From Octopus sinensis (lineage: Eukaryota), in contig NC_042999.1 of assembly GCF_006345805.1 (NCBI RefSeq), forward strand, positions 172,670,001 to 172,734,000: a stretch of DNA of 64,000 bases, read 5' to 3'. The position numbers and the translations under genes were made by a program. Below, in pieces: positions 28,779 to 39,155 of this stretch (position 1 is the first letter of the stretch; each line of letters starts with the position of its first letter). The notes under the pieces are model-generated. The model had not been told where the DNA came from, did not search any database, and saw only the letters and a program-made list of their open reading frames with translations.

Positions 28779-30496
28779 TGATATGTGTGTGTGCGTGTGT
28801 GAGTGTTTGGTTGTGTGTGTGTGTTTGGTTGTGTGTGTGTTTGGTTGTGTGTGTGTGTGTGTGTGTGTGTGTAGGCATTTATATATTGTGCGTATTGTTG
28901 CAATTATTTAGAAACGGCGAGAGACATGAACTCATTCATTTTAACAGTGGGACTCAAAGTGGATACGGCTAAGCAAAGGGAGAGTTTAAATATAGAATTC
29001 GGAAGTAAAATGGAAGATTATCCGTGGGGTATTCTGTAAACAGCTTTCGAATTTTCTATCCAAAGGGTTTTTATTCCAATACGTAAGATCTTATTTATAC
29101 TTTTGTCTGCCTCGAGTTCCCTTTTGTATACGAATATAACTATCTATTTATCTAGACAACATGCACAAATACACATATGGAAACATACACACATACACAC
29201 ATAAATATATATATAATATATATATATATATTATATATATATATATATAATATATATATATGTGTGTGGTGTGTGTGTGTGTGTGTGTGGTGTGTATATT
29301 TATATGAATATATATATACAAATATACATATGGACATACATATATGTATACATGTATGTGTGTTTGTATTTGTGCCTGTGAGTGTATGTTCGTGTGTGTG
29401 TATGTGTGTATGGCTATATGATATTTTTATCTTTAATAAAATCGACTGAAATATCTTAAGGCAAATCGTCTGTAACACAATTATCTTTGGAAGAAAGAAA
29501 TTACATTAAAAATATCATGATCGATTGAAGTGATTTCCCTGTTTCTTTTAGAAGAATCTAATTTATTAATTGTGATGATGTGATGTTGCTACAGCAAAAC
29601 GAACTATCCTTAACATCCTATATTACTAGACTATGACAGTAGAATAGATTTATGATTCCATACAATGGAATATCGAGTGTTATAGTTTTACATTAATGGT
29701 CAGTGATCTGATTTGACGAAGAGTTTGTAAAAAAACGTAGTATAATCATTTGGCCTTTCTTAATTTTGACACTGGCTGAATACTTTAAAATCAATTAGTT
29801 TACTTATGTTCGTGCGATGGGCTATCAAGTTGTATGTATTTATGTATTGCTTAGATAATTTGAATCTCACCTGTGTTGTGCTTTCAGCAAGTTACAAAAG
29901 TTCTACAAAACATATTAACAAAAGGATCTCAAACAAACGTGATTAAAATCACCGATAGAAAATTTTGCTGTACTTTACGCAAACAATTTCAGACTTTTGA
30001 TGTTCTTTCCACGCACATTAATTACTACATTATTTGACAATCCGCTGAGACAGAATAAGTCTTGATGACTTCATTTATATCAAAAGGTAACATAGCCGCA
30101 CTATATTAGAAAATGAATCGTAGGCTTTTGTTTTCATACTATTTGAATAACTTCTAATGTTAAAACTCCTAATTATTTGATATTTCAACATTATCGACAC
30201 AACTGCAATCATATGAAAAGTTACTTTATTACTTTAGATATAGCTACTGTTTGTTAAGCCCTACTTTTAAGGGGACTATCAAATATAAATGAACAAGATA
30301 CAATATTCTCACATAATCTCATTTACAAAAGCTCGTCAAAGAAAAATGATATCACAGCACGTTTCCATTTGAGTAATAATCGACACATTTTTACAAAATA
30401 TACTTTTAAGAAATCAAATTCATCCGTCAACATACATACGTATGTGTGTATGCGTATGCTAATATATATATATATAAATACAATGTACATTTAAAC

Positions 30497-30688
30497 ACAT
30501 AAGAGATGACCATAATAGGATATCTGACTCACTAGAAAGAGCAGTTAAAACTCCAAGTCACGAATAGTTGCAATCCTGAAAGGGAATGAAAAATTAAAAA
30601 CATTTACCCTGTCTTTCCTTGGCATCCCGCTGATGAGGCAACGCTCTTTCTCGTGAGTCAGATTTCCTATTATGGTCATCTCTTATGT
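30497..30688. repeat. Foldback: 46-bp inverted arms (44/46 match) around a 100-bp spacer; MITE-like
   Basis: 30497-30542 ACATAAGAGATGACCATAATAGGATATCTGACTCACTAGAAAGAGC vs 30643-30688 reverse complement. Confidence 0.8.
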
Positions 30689-30829
30689 ATTTTTCTATAA
30701 ATAGTATATAGTGCATTGACTAAATTTTTTCCTTCCCGCTGGACCACTGGTGGGAAAGAATTTTTCTATAAATTTTTTGTGCTACCCTAAGATTTTTTAA
30801 TTATATATATACATAGGTAGATAGATAGA

Positions 30830-30947
30830 TAGATATAGATATATATATAGTTAGATAGATATATAGATATAGATATAGATATATATATACATATATATAT
30901 ACATATATATATATATATAATATATATATATATATAATATATATATA

Positions 30948-30997
<50 letters not shown>
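30830..30997. repeat. (GATA)/(TA)n tract, left flank of the PLE
   Basis: Direct reading. Confidence 0.95.
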
Positions 30998-31001
<4 letters not shown>

Positions 31002-31049
31002 AAACAAGTCAAAAATAGAAAATGCTAAGATAATTTTATAGTGAATCTT

Positions 31050-31087
31050 CAGTACCGGTTTCGGTCATTTTGAGACCTTTTCAACTG
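31050..31087 (-). ncRNA. Hammerhead motif (U3-A8 core) in the inverted pLTR copy
   Basis: Exact reverse complement of 31825-31862. Confidence 0.7.
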
Positions 31088-31824
31088 TAACGATTAAATA
31101 ATTAAATTTAGAAAAATTAGAAGAAAAGTTTTTTTAAAAGAATATTTCTATAGTAGTGTTCAGATATAAGTGGCATTCTGCCTTTCTCTGACTCCCTTGT
31201 TTGCACTTGTGTGTTCGAGGTCGTTGTGAGTTCTTGGTAGGGTTGGTGAAGAAGAAGGCTGATGTGGAGAGGGGGTGGGGAAATCTGGGAATGCCTTACC
31301 CATTCATATTCTCCCTTCTCTGTTTTTTCTTCTTCTTCCTCTTCTTCTTCATCATCATCATTATCATCATCATCGTCGTCATCATCATTACCACCATCAT
31401 CACCATCATCTTCTCCTTCTCCTTCTTCTTCTTCTTCTTCTTCATCATCATCATCAACATCGTCATCTTCTTCTTCTTCTTCTACTTCTCCACCTTCTAC
31501 CCCTTAACCTTGTCACTAATGTCTTTCAGTATAACGCCTACGCAAATTCCATAAACAATTCCTGAATTGAACTGCGACTGCTGTCCGCCACTGACCATTC
31601 AAAATACGACCATCAAGGCATTCCCAGATTTCCCCACCCTCTCTCCACATCAGCCTTCTTCTTCACCTACCCTACCAAGAACTCACAACGACCTCGAACA
31701 CACAAGTGCAAACAAGGGAGTCAGAGAAAGGCAGAATGCCACTTATATCTGAACACTACTATAGAAATATTCTTTTAAAAAAACTTTTCTTCTAATTTTT
31801 CTAAATTTAATTATTTAATCGTTA

Positions 31825-31862
31825 CAGTTGAAAAGGTCTCAAAATGACCGAAACCGGTACTG
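31825..31862 (+). ncRNA. Minimal type I hammerhead motif (U3-A8 core) in the 5' pLTR
   Basis: CAG-TTGAAAA-GGTC(tcaaaat)GACC-GAAA-CCGG-T-A-CTG: stem I CAG/CTG, stem II 4 bp, palindromic stem III, predicted cleavage after 31859 (GUA). Confidence 0.72.
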
Positions 31863-31931
31863 AAAGATTCACTATAAAATTATCTTAGCATTTTCTATTT
31901 TTGACTTGTTTTTTCATATATATCAACTCGT

Positions 31932-33215
31932 GTGTTCCTTTCCACCCTTATACATATCTTTAACCCACACGAGATACAGAAAATGCCGACAAAAACAGAC
32001 ACAATCGCCTCCATAAATGAAGAAATACTGAAAGAACTCAAGAAAATCAACACAAATTTGTCAACATTTTTGAACAAATTCGACTCGACACATCAACCCA
32101 ATCGAGAGAAGAATGAGGAAACAGATACGAAAAATACAACCTCCGAAATTGTCGAAAACCTTGGAAACTTATGCGAAACAATTAGAACATTTTTCTCTAA
32201 CAACGCTAACCAAGGACCTCCAAACGCGTCAATATATGGGATCAATACTCTAACAACATACCAAATGAAACAACACATAATACCACAATGGAACAAATCA
32301 CTCAGAGATAGAAAGTTCGCCTTTTGGAAGATGATCCAAAACAACAACAAAGCGGATATATACGAAAAATGGCTCAACCGGACCCCGTTAATCCTCCCAC
32401 GTAAATTCCAGTTCAAAGCTATTACAGAGGAACCTGAAACACAAAGACACCTCAGGGAGAGAATGGCACTGGAAAAAATGAAAATGGAAATAGAACTTCT
32501 GAAATTGAGGGCCCAAACGAATGAGGATAAATAAAATCCACCGATGAAGATATCAACGAAGAAATTCGCAAAATGACCCAAGGCCCAGATCAAGAGAAGT
32601 TCTCCAAACTATGGAAAGAGGACTGTGAAAAAGAAGAACTAAAATCTCTCCAACGATGGGAGAAAAACGCCATTTGGTTTCAGACTATGAAGCCGTCTTT
32701 CAAACAGAGCACGCCTCCAACAACCCTTTCCAGAAAATAAGAAAACCAAAACAACACCCAAACACCGATACACACCTGTCTAAAAATCGGAACCTTCACT
32801 ACTTTCAAAAAAAGAATACAGGACCTAACCCTAACTCTGTAAGCAGCCAGCGTTACAATATCAGGAATACCCCCACTTCAAGCAGAGAAAGGATAAATCA
32901 ACACCCACAGCATAGACACTGCAACCTTATCCCCACCCAAAGAGTTACCAACGAAATCTCCGTCCCATAAACCGGTTAAACAACCATGCACAACAAACCC
33001 ACTCCACTTACAATGATTACCAACGAAGGCCTCCTAGAACACCACACCCGAATATGGGATATCGGGATGCTCTCCTCAATACTGCTCCAAGAACACACAC
33101 CATAAATCACAACAGGAGACCCCACATCAACAAAGAACAACTATATAATAGCTACCGTCCCAACCACCGCATTCATTTTTTAGACCCAATACGCAAACAC
33201 AGAGACACAAGATAG
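31932..33215 (+). pseudogene. Disrupted upstream ORF (ORF1) of the PLE
   Basis: Three to four frame pieces (31932-32534, ~32537-32690, 32656-32970, 32916-33215) with the same A/C-rich composition as the RT ORF; a charged, helical-looking N-half (ERMALEKMKMEIELLK...EEIRK...LWKEDCEKEELKS) then an N/Q/P/H/R-rich low-complexity region ending RIHFLDPIRKHRDTR*. Confidence 0.65.
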
Positions 33216-33352
33216 CACCAAACAAGCAGGAGGAACCAAAAGTAATAAAAATTATCAATCTAACTCACAAGGAACTAACAGCAAACCAAATAAACATACT
33301 TTCCAAAGGACTCAAGTTTACACCCACCCCACAACACCCCAGCTACAACGAA

Positions 33353-35506
33353 ATGAAAGAAGACATCGCAGAATTCTGCAGAAAATTAAGACTTACTGAG
33401 GAGCTATACGATAAATACAACGAGGACGAATCGTTAGCCAGAAATAGGAGTAACTACACCCCCTCGAAAGGTAAGAACAAAACACTTGATGATTTCTGTG
33501 ACCACATATCTAATTACCCATATCAACATATGCACAAACAAAAACACAAACCAAACTTCAGCAAAAAAGAATGGGCTGAGTTGAACAAATTAAAACAAAA
33601 TAAAACAATAACAATCAAAGAGGCCGATAAAGGGAGTGCTGTTGTCTTAACGGATACGACATTTTACATAACTTTGGTACTTTCTATGCTGGAAGACACA
33701 ACATACTATGAAAAGGCACAAAACTACAGTCAACAAAAAATAATGAGGGAACTAAAATCCATATTAAACCCATACAAAGCAGGGCTCACCGACAAAGAAT
33801 ATGATTATATGACCAATTTCACAAGTAAAACTAGCCAATTCTACGGTATACCTAAGATCCATAAAAGTGAAAAAATAAGCAACGCATGCAAGATAGCTAC
33901 AGACAAAATAATTAAAGTCCCTAATCCTAATGACCTCAAATTGAGACCCATAATAGCAGGTCCCGCATGCGAAACCCACCGCCTCAGTAACGTTTTAGAC
34001 ACCCTGTTAAAACCACTCCTCAAACATGTCAAAAGCTATATAAGGGACGACTTAGATATGCTCAATCACCTACCGAATACTATAAACAAAAACACCATAC
34101 TGGTATCCTTCGATGTAGTCAACCTCTACTCCAATATCCCCCACAACCTAGGACTAGAGGCAATCCAATTCTGGCTAGAGAATCACGCCAACGAACTACC
34201 ACACCGCATCAAAAAAGAATTTGTGATAGAAGGGGTTAAATTCATCCTGGAAAATAATTTCTTCGCCTTCAATGACAACTTCTACCGACAAAAATCGGGG
34301 ACTGCGATGGGTACACGAATGGCCCCCTCCTTTGCCAACCTAGTCATAGGATACCTAGAGATCAGTCTGTATCGTAAGGTTCTAGAAAAATATGGCAGCC
34401 CTTTCTCCATCTACATAGAAAACAACTGGAAGAGATATCTAGATGACTGTTTCATTCTTTGGCATAAAAATATAGAAAAACTCATAGAATTCCAGGAAAT
34501 TTTAAACGGACTGGACGTAAACATCCAATTCACGGTGGAATATAGCCAGCAACAACTCCCATTCCTCGATATCCTCATTAAGAAAGCTAATAATATAATA
34601 GAAACTGACATATACTATAAGCTTACAGACTCTAAGCAATATCTTCCATTCAATTCATGCCACCCCAGACACACCAGGATGAATATCCCCTTCAATCTAG
34701 CAAAAAGGATATGCACTATAGTCTCTAACGCAAACACCAGAGACACACGACTACAAGAACTAAAAGATACCCTTATCACCAGGAACTATCCACCTTCACT
34801 TATTGACAAGTGCATTCAACGTGCCCTTCAACTTAACATCAAGGAACTCAGACATCCCAAATCAAAGAAAAACTTACAACCAAAAGCCTTACCATACATC
34901 TCCACACACAACCCTCTCAATAACGAAGCCTTCGGCACCATCCTCCACAACATACCCCTCCTAAAAAAAGACCACAGAATGAACACAATCCTCCAAACAC
35001 ACACGATCATAAAAAGCAAAAGACAGCCTAGATCCATGAAAAGTCTCCTAACACAAGCCCGAATTCACTCTTCAACACAGAAGCCGACAGTAAAAAAATG
35101 TGGAAGACCCAATTGCGGGATATGCGACTATCTAATTGAGGGATCAGAGTTCTCCTTCAAACAGGGACAACGGTTTACAGTGAAAAGCAACTTCACATGT
35201 GCTTCGGAGAACCTAATATACTCACTAACCTGCTCCGGGTGTCAAGAGCAGTACATAGGCCAAACAAAAAATGGTTTACGTAAACGAATGGCCCTGCACA
35301 GATCCCAGATAAAAATTCCCCAAAACAGAAAAATAGCTTTTAGCCAACACATAGATACTTGCGCCAACAAAAAAACACCAAACTTCAGGATTTTCCCCCT
35401 CTACCAATTTAGGGACGATACAACCTCGAGACAACGAATAAGTAAAGAAAATCTCTTTATTACAAAATACAGGCCACTTCTTAACGGGTCTACGACAAAC
35501 AATTAA
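33353..35506 (+). CDS. PLE reverse transcriptase + GIY-YIG endonuclease (717 aa from first ATG; frame open from 33152)
   Basis: RT motifs LRPIIAG, LVSFDVVNLYSNIP, GTAMGTRMAPSFANL, RYLDD, LPFLD, YLPFNSCHP; linker C-x4-C-x2-C (CGRPNCGIC); EN motif NLIYSLTCSGCQEQYIGQT...RMALH...H. The Cys-rich linker suggests a Neptune-type PLE (tentative). Confidence 0.95.
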   Translation: MKEDIAEFCRKLRLTEELYDKYNEDESLARNRSNYTPSKGKNKTLDDFCDHISNYPYQHMHKQKHKPNFSKKEWAELNKLKQNKTITIKEADKGSAVVLTDTTFYITLVLSMLEDTTYYEKAQNYSQQKIMRELKSILNPYKAGLTDKEYDYMTNFTSKTSQFYGIPKIHKSEKISNACKIATDKIIKVPNPNDLKLRPIIAGPACETHRLSNVLDTLLKPLLKHVKSYIRDDLDMLNHLPNTINKNTILVSFDVVNLYSNIPHNLGLEAIQFWLENHANELPHRIKKEFVIEGVKFILENNFFAFNDNFYRQKSGTAMGTRMAPSFANLVIGYLEISLYRKVLEKYGSPFSIYIENNWKRYLDDCFILWHKNIEKLIEFQEILNGLDVNIQFTVEYSQQQLPFLDILIKKANNIIETDIYYKLTDSKQYLPFNSCHPRHTRMNIPFNLAKRICTIVSNANTRDTRLQELKDTLITRNYPPSLIDKCIQRALQLNIKELRHPKSKKNLQPKALPYISTHNPLNNEAFGTILHNIPLLKKDHRMNTILQTHTIIKSKRQPRSMKSLLTQARIHSSTQKPTVKKCGRPNCGICDYLIEGSEFSFKQGQRFTVKSNFTCASENLIYSLTCSGCQEQYIGQTKNGLRKRMALHRSQIKIPQNRKIAFSQHIDTCANKKTPNFRIFPLYQFRDDTTSRQRISKENLFITKYRPLLNGSTTNN

Positions 35507-35989
35507 TATACCTCAACTTTAGAATAAAAGAAATATATACACACACAAATATTACATTCCATAGAATCCATTACTAATCAGCCCCATCACAGCTATACTT
35601 TCACCCATTCATATTCTCCCTTCTCTGTTTTTTTCTTCTTCTTCTTCCTCTTCTTCTTCATCATCATCATTATCATCATCATCGTCGTCATCATCATCAC
35701 CACCATCATCACCATCATCTTCTCCTTCTCCTTCTTCTTCTTCTTCTTCTTCTTCTTCTTCTTCTTCTTCTTCATCATCATCATCATCAACATCGTCATC
35801 TTCTTCTTCTTCTTCTTCTTCTTCTACTTCTCCACCTTCTACCCCTTAACCTTGTCACTAATGTCTTTCAGTATAACGCCTACGCAAATTCCATAAACAA
35901 TTCCTGAATTGAACTGCGACTGCTGTTTCTATTTTTGACTTGTTTTTTCATATATATCAACTCGTGTGTTCCTTTCCACCCTTATACAT

Positions 35990-35995
35990 ATATAT

Positions 35996-36055
<60 letters not shown>

Positions 36056-36146
36056 GATATATAGATAAATAAAGAGAGAGAGAGATAGATAGATAGATAT
36101 ATAGATAGATAGATAGATAGATAGAGAGATAGAGAGATAGATAGAG

Positions 36147-36225
<79 letters not shown>
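35990..36225. repeat. (TA)n then (GATA)n, right flank of the PLE
   Basis: Direct reading. Confidence 0.95.
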
Positions 36226-36226
<1 letters not shown>

Positions 36227-36528
36227 CGTTTGTAAAAAACGTAAATTCGAAAAAAGAGGCACACTCTAAGATGTAGAGCAGTATATATTAAAATGAGGAA
36301 GGCCCATGACCAAGGGGTCGTTAGCCAAAAGCTTTTGGGGTCAGACGCTACGCCATAAAGATAAACCCTCTATGGATGGGTAACCGCAGGTAATCCCATA
36401 AACTGGCCTTCCCCATTATTAGTATATATATATACAGAGATAGGGGGAAGAGAGAAAGTGAACTGTGCAGATTGACAGACACAAAAATGAAGAAAATATC
36501 TTTGTGCATACATTCTTGAAGTTCTTGT

Positions 36529-36718
36529 GGCGGCGAGCTGGCAGAAACGTTAGCATGCCGGGCGAAGTGCTTAGCGGTATTTCGTCTTTACGTTCTGAGT
36601 TCAAATTCCGCCGATATCGACTTTGACCTTCATCCTTTTCGGGTCAATAAATTAAGTACCAGTTATGCATTGGGGCTCTCCCTCAAAATATCGGGCCTTG
36701 TACATAGAGCAGAAAAGT
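36529..36718 (+). mobile_element. tRNA-derived SINE family B
   Basis: GGCGGCGAGCTGGCAGAAACGTTAGC (A-box-like)...GAGTTCAAATTCC (B box)...GACTTTGACCTTCATCCTTTTCGGGTCAATAAATTAAGTACCAG. Confidence 0.85.
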
Positions 36719-38524
36719 AGATATTGTTGGAGTTCTAACTGTTTTTCCGTCTTTTCTTTTCTGTAAATGTATGAGAAAGACTGACAAGTCCTTTCTTTGT
36801 TTGGTAGGGTCTGTTTTTGTGATTATGGCATTGTTCAATTCAACAATCTTTGGCGGAAAATCTTTCTTATCATCGTTTAGATGTTAATAATCACTTGTTT
36901 GTCTTTATGTGTGTGTGTCTGTGCGCGCGCGTAATGTGTGTATTTGTGTGTGTGCATGTGTATTGGCTGTGTATGTAAGTGCGTATTCAAGGATTAAATT
37001 TTTACACACCATGAAATTAACTTCTGCATTGGTTGTACTAGTGCAGCATTCCTCCGTATATTGACTATGCTATTAAATTTCGCAAAACAAATAAAGTATT
37101 TATGACAAAAAGAAAAAAATCACCCGTATAGAAAACACAGGTCCTATATATAGAATTTTTACCGAAACACAATATTAGACGAATGAATAAGGACGTTTTA
37201 CTAACAGAAAAATACTAGCAAAAATGAATACGTAGTTACAAGACATAAGAGATTAATAATGGAAATTGACGAATATTTCCTACCAATAAAAATTTTTATC
37301 GTGCCCTGGAAAATAGAAAACAACTGTATTTTGATCTTTCACGATACCTAGCAGTTCAGCGCAAAGCGCATATGAAGAATAAGGATGAAACTGAGTTATC
37401 TGCAAAATATTATTCGATTAATGGATTTAGAAAAGTTGATGCTACACGCTCAAGACAAGGAAGTCTGAAAAAGCTTTAATAAAACAACTAAACTCATACG
37501 TAAATATTAATATACATTTATTCCAAGACAAGTGGTTTCCTGTTTGTGAGCGCATATACGTTCACAGACATGTGTGTGAGTAAATGTGTGTATGTATGTG
37601 TGCGCGTGTGTGTGTGTGTATGTTGTATGTACATACAGCGAATGACACAGCTTGGAATAAACAAAGAAAATATGCGAGTGAAAAAAATGAATACGGGAAA
37701 CGTGCGAAAATAATGAGCAATATACTGGGAAAACTAAATACATAGGAAAAGTTATCTTCGTATGTGTGTGCGTGTATGTGTGTGTGTGTGTGCGTGTGTG
37801 TGTGTGCGTGTTCGCGCGTATTAGGAAGTGTGTGTAGTATATGTATATATGAAGGAAGAGAAGAGATCGAGAGAGCATAGACAGAGCTGTAGGACTTTGA
37901 GCCGCCTAATAGGCGGCACGAAATATACGGTACATTGATTTCAGCTGTCTTAGAGTGATTAGGTTCTTTGTGATGTTAAGTTTATTTTAGTTTACCATAG
38001 TATTTTAGCATTTCTCTCTTATTCACTAAATCCGCCAATGTCTCTCGTAATTGCACTGTACGTTTAGGTAGATGCACAAACACGTAACTACCCCTTATTC
38101 ATAATGAGACAGACAAGCGCAATCATATATTTGATGCATATACACATTGGTATGGGATTATCAAAAAAACAAAAAAACGTTTTTAAAGTATTCAGCGTCA
38201 AATTACTTTTTAAACATATATTTTCTATGTATTTGAGTTTCGATTTTCCGACAGTATGTCTGTCTGCCGTCGTTATCTGCTTTTATAAGAATGTCAAAGA
38301 TCAAATACTTTCTTTCTTTACGATACCTATTTTAACGCGTATTGTCACTTTTCTGCAAAAAAATGATTCGTAGAATTGGCTGAGTATACCGAGGACAATG
38401 AAGTGGTACACATAGAAATATAAATTATAAATATATAACTTTCTTTAAGTTATATTTCTTTCACATGAAGGCGATTTACTTCCCAAATAATTTATTACAC
38501 TTTGTTCACTCACATACATTCACC

Positions 38525-38562
<38 letters not shown>

Positions 38563-38566
<4 letters not shown>

Positions 38567-38960
38567 GTCATCCCATAAATAATGCGGTTTTTTTCATACT
38601 TCTATATGTCTGGTAGACTTGCAATGCCCATCTTCCAAAGTTCACTCATCCCTGACAAAAAATACTCCTCTAAGTACTGTTCTGACCTCGTCAAAAGAAA
38701 TCACATTTATCCGTCCAAATAATTTAAAAGACTGCAGGATAAATATACCGAAAATACTCCTTTGTCACTCCCAATATAGCTTTAAGAAAATAACTGCTAA
38801 AATCGAATTGCACTCTTCAAAACTCGCACTAACAATAAGGACAAGGTAAATTTACTACCACCTGCTTTTATAGCAAGTTGACGCAGATATTTTATCCCGC
38901 CTTTCTCTGATTTTTACTTCGTGTAATTGAAAAAACCGTATTATTTATGAGATGACCCAA
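38563..38960 (-). mobile_element. Internally deleted mariner-type DNA transposon (398 bp)
   Basis: ~31-bp TIRs TTGGGTCATC(C/T)CATAAATAAT(G/A)CGGTTTTTT with TA on both sides; minus strand retains transposase start MEVTKEYFRYI fused to an end-like piece ELWKMGIASLPD. Confidence 0.85.
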
Positions 38961-39155
38961 TATATACATGTGAGTAGACAAACGAAGGAAGGCGCAAATG
39001 CAATTTATTGGGAATTACATGTATGGATCAAACCAGTTTGATTCAAATTCGTTGGTACACTTGAATTTCAAGCGCGATGCTAGTCGTCAGCCATTTTGAA
39101 TTTGAATGACAGCAGTTGATTTTTATTACCAGAACGTGAGCTGCAATTGGTTGAG

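Larger units (their letters stand above)
30996..35992 (+). mobile_element. Near full-length Penelope-like retroelement with inverted 5' pseudo-LTR segment and direct 3' pseudo-LTR
   Basis: 30996-31292 is the reverse complement of 31616-31920; 31293-31584 + 31893-31955 are repeated directly at ~35602-35992; the RT-GIY-YIG ORF lies between; (TA)n on both flanks. The inverted/tandem pLTR layout is the established Penelope insertion signature. Confidence 0.92.

Noticed and set aside
32093-35037. Minus-strand ORFs overlapping the PLE
   Set aside because: Antisense shadows of an A/C-rich coding strand; no independent evidence.
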